This document shows, in pieces, positions 59,648 to 64,000 of a stretch of DNA of 64,000 bases. Position 1 is the first letter of the stretch. The number at the start of each line of letters is the position of its first letter. Source of the DNA: a virus; IMG/VR virus record IMGVR_UViG_3300031566_008582. The stretch is one strand, 5' to 3'. Under the pieces are notes generated by a model. It worked only from the letters and a program-made list of their open reading frames with translations, was not told the origin of the DNA and made no database searches. Position numbers and translations under genes: made by a program.

Positions 59648-59649
59648 AT

Positions 59650-59988
59650 TGGTGGAGATGGCCGGACTCGAACCGGCGTCCGCATAGATTAATACTAAAC
59701 ATTCTACGTGTGTACCTGATATCTAAATTTTCGCCTCATTTACCGCTATCAGTAGCTATTCTATAAGGGCTAGTCCTTTATTTTCGTGAATAGGGTGGGA
59801 CAGTTCTATTCCTTATTCTATTTTCCCCAATACTTTTATTTATCAAACAGAAAAATTTCTATAAAAGTTGCGGCTAGGCCGCTAATGCGTAACTGTTGTC
59901 AGTTAAATTAGTGTTGCCGTTTTACGAGTTTACAACAACTCGACACGCTTGTTAAGTTTTTGTCTTTACGTCGAATCCTTTCATCCCC
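59650..59988 (-). ncRNA. ssrA: tmRNA
   Basis: 5' GGGGATGAAAGGATTCGAC, 3' GGTTCGAGTCCGGCCATCTCCACCA; tag (A)DNSYALAA*. Confidence 0.93.
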
Positions 59989-59989
59989 A

Positions 59990-60064
59990 TGGTTGCGGGG
60001 GCCAGAATCAAACTGGCGTAGTCTGGCTTATGAGGCCAAACGGGTAATCAACAACCTCCCCGCC
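59990..60064 (-). tRNA. tRNA-Met(CAT), fMet-like acceptor with non-canonical features
   Basis: GGCGGGG/CCCCGCA-A-CCA, anticodon loop CT-CAT-AA, T-loop TTTGATT. Confidence 0.7.
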
Positions 60065-60065
60065 T

Positions 60066-60536
60066 TTTTTCCCCAGGCCTGCCTTTTGGCGACGTCCGGA
60101 CAGTCGGCAGATCGCTACTTTTGCCTGGGGAAACATTGTAAATTTTCAATTATTGAGAACTTTGTAAATAAAGAATCAACGATACGGGACCTGAACCCGT
60201 ATACGATCTTGAGGGCTGCAATTTACTGATCACCCTGTCTACCATTCTTACTGATAGCCGTCCTACCTAAGAGCGTGCAGCTACAAATAGGGCGCACGGA
60301 TGCAGGCGCGTCTCCAAAACATTCCGCCACGTTGTCTTTATTTACATAAAATGATCAATATTGTGCTATTACGCCAAAGGTTAAAACATCAGATGTTTCA
60401 TAATCTCTTGACTACCCTCTGCAACTCTTTTGCCTTTATTGTTTTAAAGTCACGGCTCATGGTCACGGAGGGAGAGATAACCACTCTTTAAAGGAAATGG
60501 ACAATAACCTCCATTGGCTGCTTTTAAGCCTACCTC
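60066..60536 (-). ncRNA. Large structured ncRNA candidate (rRNA H43/H44-like plus tRNA-like domains)
   Basis: GAGGTAGGCTTAAAAGCAGCCA..TCCTTTAAAGAGTG..GCGTAATAGC; D-arm- and T-arm-like segments; 11-bp terminal hairpin; boundaries approximate. Confidence 0.55.
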
Positions 60537-60764
60537 TTATTGATCATATGTTTTCAAATAATATTCTATAAGTTCTTTTGTAGGCTTTATTCCTACATAA
60601 ATTGGAATTATGGTTAAGCCCCAAATGCCGTGTGATATTAAAGATATTAATATCAATAGCGGCACACCAACAGCTAACCATCGTATTGTGTCGTCCATTA
60701 GACCACGATCATAAAATATTCTAACTATTGTTAAGACTGACACTAGTAAATCAAACAATACCAT
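60537..60764 (-). CDS. Small membrane protein
   Basis: Two to three hydrophobic segments. Confidence 0.55.
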   Translation of the reverse strand: MVLFDLLVSVLTIVRIFYDRGLMDDTIRWLAVGVPLLILISLISHGIWGLTIIPIYVGIKPTKELIEYYLKTYDQ

Positions 60765-61000
60765 TTGTTATTACCCTTTCTTTTACCACATTTATTTATA
60801 TTTTTTATTTGTAAATTCGGTGGGGCCTCTGCATTTTTCATCAGAGTGACAAGCAAGGCTGCCCTGAAACTAAACACAAACAAAAACTTTTACAGCAAAG
60901 TTTGGTGCTTATTGAGAAATGACATTAAATTGTCAAATACTGTAACCCTTAATCAGTTCCTACACGTTGCGTGAGCTTTAGCCCACCCCCAATTTTTTAA

Positions 61001-61073
61001 CGACGAAGGTAGGAATCGAACCTACGTATCGTTGGTTAACAGCCAACTGCTCAGTCCTCTTAGCTACTCCGTC
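61001..61073 (-). tRNA. tRNA-Asn(GTT), no encoded CCA
   Basis: Cloverleaf; GTTGG-CTGTTAA-CCAAC; GGTTCGATTCC. Confidence 0.9.
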
Positions 61074-61117
61074 AACTTAACCGTAATCTTGCGTAATACC
61101 CATTCATACATCCTTTA

Positions 61118-61192
61118 CGGGACTTACGGGATTCGAACCCGTGATCTCCTGCGTGACAGGCAGGCGCGGTCTCCAAACTACGCTAAAGCCCC
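61118..61192 (-). tRNA. tRNA-Asp(GTC), no encoded CCA
   Basis: Cloverleaf; CCTGC-CTGTCAC-GCAGG; GGGTTCGAATCCC. Confidence 0.9.
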
Positions 61193-61246
61193 TTTAAACA
61201 ATTTCATTGGATTTTTTAAACCTAACTTTATTAATTTTGTTAAACT

Positions 61247-61795
61247 TTATAGTAAAACAACTCCAGCATCCACCATGTTATAATAAAAACTATCTGGCGT
61301 TGTTCCAATATCTCGAGTATGAGACATCAATATGTATGTTACGAAACCTGCTTTAGCGGCCTGCATGGCAGTATATTTTACACAAAATTTAAGAGCTACA
61401 CCACACACAAAAACCGCCCCAACTCCCAGATCTTTTAATTGAACATCAAGACCCGTATGATTAGTTCCATCATTATCCGAAAATGGTCCATAAGGATGTG
61501 ATTCTCTGTCAGTTCCTTTTTTAATACGAATTGTCTCCCCTCTTGAACAAGGATATAGCTCCGGATAAAGTTCTGCTCCAAATGTGCTCTGCACACAATG
61601 CTCTGGCCAATCTTTTATGAAAGAAGTATGGTCTTTTGGGTGCCAGTCCACAGTATACACTATTACGTCATATACAGGCAGGTCTCTATTTATCAATGGA
61701 ATTATTTCTTTAGCATTAGGCACTGATAAAGCCCCGTCTGTTCTTACAAAATCATTTTGCATATCTACTACAAAGAGAGCATTTTTTTTCAACAT
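61247..61795 (-). CDS. pncA: Nicotinamidase/pyrazinamidase
   Basis: VVDMQNDF..GALSV, DWHP..HTSF..WPEHC, GVALKFCV. Confidence 0.9.
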   Translation of the reverse strand: MLKKNALFVVDMQNDFVRTDGALSVPNAKEIIPLINRDLPVYDVIVYTVDWHPKDHTSFIKDWPEHCVQSTFGAELYPELYPCSRGETIRIKKGTDRESHPYGPFSDNDGTNHTGLDVQLKDLGVGAVFVCGVALKFCVKYTAMQAAKAGFVTYILMSHTRDIGTTPDSFYYNMVDAGVVLL

Positions 61796-62940
61796 CTTAA
61801 TATTTCCTTACAAAGATTTATTTCATTTTTGTTGCCCGTATGTTTATTTATATCGTCAGATAATTTAACAGTGGGTAACCATTGTTTATTTCTTCCAAAC
61901 ACTGCGTCTAATTTAATAACTATGTTTAAAGGTGTTGCTCCGACATCATTGGTCAGATTTGTTCCAATTCCAAAAGCACACTTTATTCCTTTTTCATCAC
62001 ATTGTGCTTTTAGTCGTAAGGCTAAATCAATATTTAAACTATCAGAAAAAACAATAGTTTTAGTAGACGGGTCAATCCTGTGTTGTTTGTAATGTTTTAT
62101 AATCTTATCAATGTAAGCAAAAGGATCACCGCTGTCCTGGCGTACCCCATCAAATAATTTAGAGTATAGAGTATCAAAACTCTGCAAGAAGACATCGCTG
62201 GTATATGTGTCAGTAAGGGCAATGCCTAATTTTCCTTTGAAGATGTTAGCCCAATTTTTTAAAGCCATATAATTTGCTGAATTGTAACCATACTTAACAG
62301 CGTGGTACATAACCCATTCGTGAGCATGCGTGCCGATTGGTTTTATATCTTGGTGATAAGCTAATCGTACATTACTTGTACCAACTAAAGAACCTTTTAA
62401 GGCTTTAATTACAGTTTCGTGATTATCATAAGAATATCTTCGACGAGTGCCAAAATCAGAGACTGTTAATTTATGGCACTTTATTCTTTGGGCTTTGTCT
62501 AAATTTATTTTTTGGGTAACGTCTCTGGAATATATCGGGGTTTTTATTGTTTGAAAATAAAATTCAGATATAGTAGCTAATAAAGGTACTTCCCACAACA
62601 CAGCTCTATACCAGGGCCCTTCTACAATAATTTCTATATTACCACAAGGAAATTGCTGTATTTTAACCTCATTCGGATCGAATACATAACCACGTAAGAA
62701 ATCAAGATAAACAGGACTTAAAAACGGGCATGTCTCTATCAACCAATAACAGGCTCTTTCAGATAATGTGTATTGCACCCAGGAACTAATTTCTGCTTTT
62801 AAAGATTTAGCAAAATTATCTGGAAAATTAGTTCTGCCTCTATTGTGAAATTTATATCTAACAATAGATCTTGGAAAATGCTGACAAATGGCCTGTTGCA
62901 TGGTAAATTTGTATAAATCGTTATCTAGTATCCCACGCAT
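61789..62940 (-). CDS. pncB: Nicotinate phosphoribosyltransferase
   Basis: LDNDLYKFTMQQA, DFGTRRR, GTHAHEW, DGVRQDSGDP, FGIGTNL, KLSDD. Confidence 0.93.
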   Translation of the reverse strand: MRGILDNDLYKFTMQQAICQHFPRSIVRYKFHNRGRTNFPDNFAKSLKAEISSWVQYTLSERACYWLIETCPFLSPVYLDFLRGYVFDPNEVKIQQFPCGNIEIIVEGPWYRAVLWEVPLLATISEFYFQTIKTPIYSRDVTQKINLDKAQRIKCHKLTVSDFGTRRRYSYDNHETVIKALKGSLVGTSNVRLAYHQDIKPIGTHAHEWVMYHAVKYGYNSANYMALKNWANIFKGKLGIALTDTYTSDVFLQSFDTLYSKLFDGVRQDSGDPFAYIDKIIKHYKQHRIDPSTKTIVFSDSLNIDLALRLKAQCDEKGIKCAFGIGTNLTNDVGATPLNIVIKLDAVFGRNKQWLPTVKLSDDINKHTGNKNEINLCKEILRC

Positions 62941-62975
62941 TTAATTTCCTTTCTTTATTACAACTAATTAAGATT

Positions 62976-63272
62976 TTAAACTAAATCATCTTCTTTTTCG
63001 AAATTGAACTGATCATGATATTCTTCAGGAATTAACTGTCTGTACCAACTAGGCAACAAACTACCATCAACAGACGCTAGACAAAGTTCCCTTAGAGTTA
63101 GTGTAAATAGTTTGCAGTTTTCACTATGTTTACATTCACTACAAGCATTTTCAGAATGAACGTTTTTAAAACCTTTACACCAAGCTGTCCCCATCATTAT
63201 AATTATCTTGCAGGCCCTTGGAAAATTAGATTTTAATTTATTTGTAAATTTGTCTTGTTCTTTTATTTTCAT
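62976..63272 (-). CDS. Hypothetical Cys-containing protein
   Basis: CKGF..CSECKHSENC; GGAGG SD. Confidence 0.65.
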   Translation of the reverse strand: MKIKEQDKFTNKLKSNFPRACKIIIMMGTAWCKGFKNVHSENACSECKHSENCKLFTLTLRELCLASVDGSLLPSWYRQLIPEEYHDQFNFEKEDDLV

Positions 63273-63285
63273 ATTTTCCTCCTAC

Positions 63286-63363
63286 TGGCGGGCCTACTAG
63301 GGTTCGAACCTAGACATCTTCAGTTTTGGAGACTGATATGTTAACCAGTTACACCACAGACCC
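63286..63363 (-). tRNA. tRNA-Trp(CCA)
   Basis: TCAGT-CTCCAAA-ACTGA, GGTTCGAACCC, encoded CCA end. Confidence 0.9.
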
Positions 63364-63933
63364 TAATTTAAATTTATTTTTTTGTTTAGTTAATAATCTT
63401 TTCATTACAATTTTACCTCTATGCATTCTGGTTCTTACTGTAACATTGGATGTGTTCATTTGATCAGCTATATCTTCTGGCTTAAGTCCTACAAAAATTT
63501 GTAATAAAAGTGGTTCTTTGTAAATATCCGGCACTTCCGCTAAGGCGGCCACTACTTCGTCGGATAAATAATGTTTTAATAGAGACTCAAGCTTTACATA
63601 ATTTGTTTCAGCCCCTAATAAATTTGCACCATAGTCGTCATATGAATTATCCGAGGAGATTATTTCTTCCGTATAATCAAACAACGGAAGATCACAATGT
63701 GCACGCAATCTACTGCTACTGAAGAATGTGTAAATAGTGTTGGTCATAATTGTACGTAACCAGGAATATGGTTTAGTTTGCGGTGTATACTGATCCTTGT
63801 GTATAAAAGCTTTGTACAATGTTTCCTGTACAAAATCTTCAGCTGTTTGCGCGTTTTTTAAAATACAGTAAGCTGTTTTGCACAATCTTTTTCTAAAAGG
63901 CATAAAAGTGTCAACAAACTCTTTCGAGTCCAT
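63349..63933 (-). CDS. ECF-type sigma-70 factor
   Basis: AEDFVQETLYKA, YSWLRTIMTN, EDIADQMNTSNVTVRTRMHRG. Confidence 0.88.
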   Translation of the reverse strand: MDSKEFVDTFMPFRKRLCKTAYCILKNAQTAEDFVQETLYKAFIHKDQYTPQTKPYSWLRTIMTNTIYTFFSSSRLRAHCDLPLFDYTEEIISSDNSYDDYGANLLGAETNYVKLESLLKHYLSDEVVAALAEVPDIYKEPLLLQIFVGLKPEDIADQMNTSNVTVRTRMHRGKIVMKRLLTKQKNKFKLGSVV

Positions 63934-63954
63934 ATTTTTTCCTTTCTTTTTTAA

Positions 63955-64000
63955 GTACAGCCGGAGGGATTTGAACCATCGGCCTCCTGATCCACAGTCA
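63955..64000 (-). tRNA. tRNA-His(GTG), 3' part only (cut by window edge)
   Basis: TGA-CTGTGGA-TCA anticodon arm, GGTTCAAATCC T-arm. Confidence 0.7.

Noticed and set aside
60365-60536. rRNA gene
   Set aside because: Only ~45 nt of rRNA-like sequence, interrupted, with no flanking 23S sequence
60820-60860. Hammerhead ribozyme (CUGAUGA on minus strand)
   Set aside because: No stem II followed by GAAA and no cleavage-site stem; CUGAUGA sits in a simple CTCTG/CAGAG hairpin
425-63722. Numerous short antisense or nested ORFs in the track (e.g. 425-715, 46528-46992, 49097-49336)
   Set aside because: They lie opposite or within well-supported long genes and lack signals
1-64000. Stop-codon reassignment (alternative genetic code)
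   Set aside because: Genes are intact and dense under code 11, and TAG, TGA and TAA all serve as ends of plausible genes

Overview
AT-rich fragment of a large contractile-tailed (myovirus-like, probably jumbo) phage genome, standard genetic code. Layout: (-) 1-8.8 kb small ORFs plus CCA-adding enzyme, peptide deformylase, SF2 helicase, GT2 and RNase HI; (+) 8.9-38.6 kb virion module (tail chaperone with probable -1 frameshift, tape measure, baseplate, sigma factor, glycosyltransferases, amidase, actin-like ATPase, portal-like protein) with an inverted host-like secreted-protein gene; (-) 38.7-48.9 kb accessory block with a retron-type reverse transcriptase and a MoxR/vWA pair; (+) a 2010-aa fused beta-beta' RNA polymerase; (-) 55.9-64 kb PurA-like/vWA/SPFH genes, tmRNA, tRNAs, pncA/pncB and an ECF sigma. 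Best lead: the non-coding region upstream of the retron RT appears to hold a tandem series of retron-like msr-msd units (two well supported, a third tentative). Each has its own a1/a2 stem with a G.G branch-site juxtaposition and a shared UG(A/C)UUCG hairpin loop, and no classical retron effector is present. Other leads: a non-coding RNA in the tRNA cluster carrying a split near-copy of the 23S rRNA L11-binding (H43/H44) domain plus a tRNA-like domain, and an ORF resembling one mitochondrial-carrier repeat. All protein calls come from motif recognition by eye and RNA pairings were traced by hand; no searches or folding programs were run.
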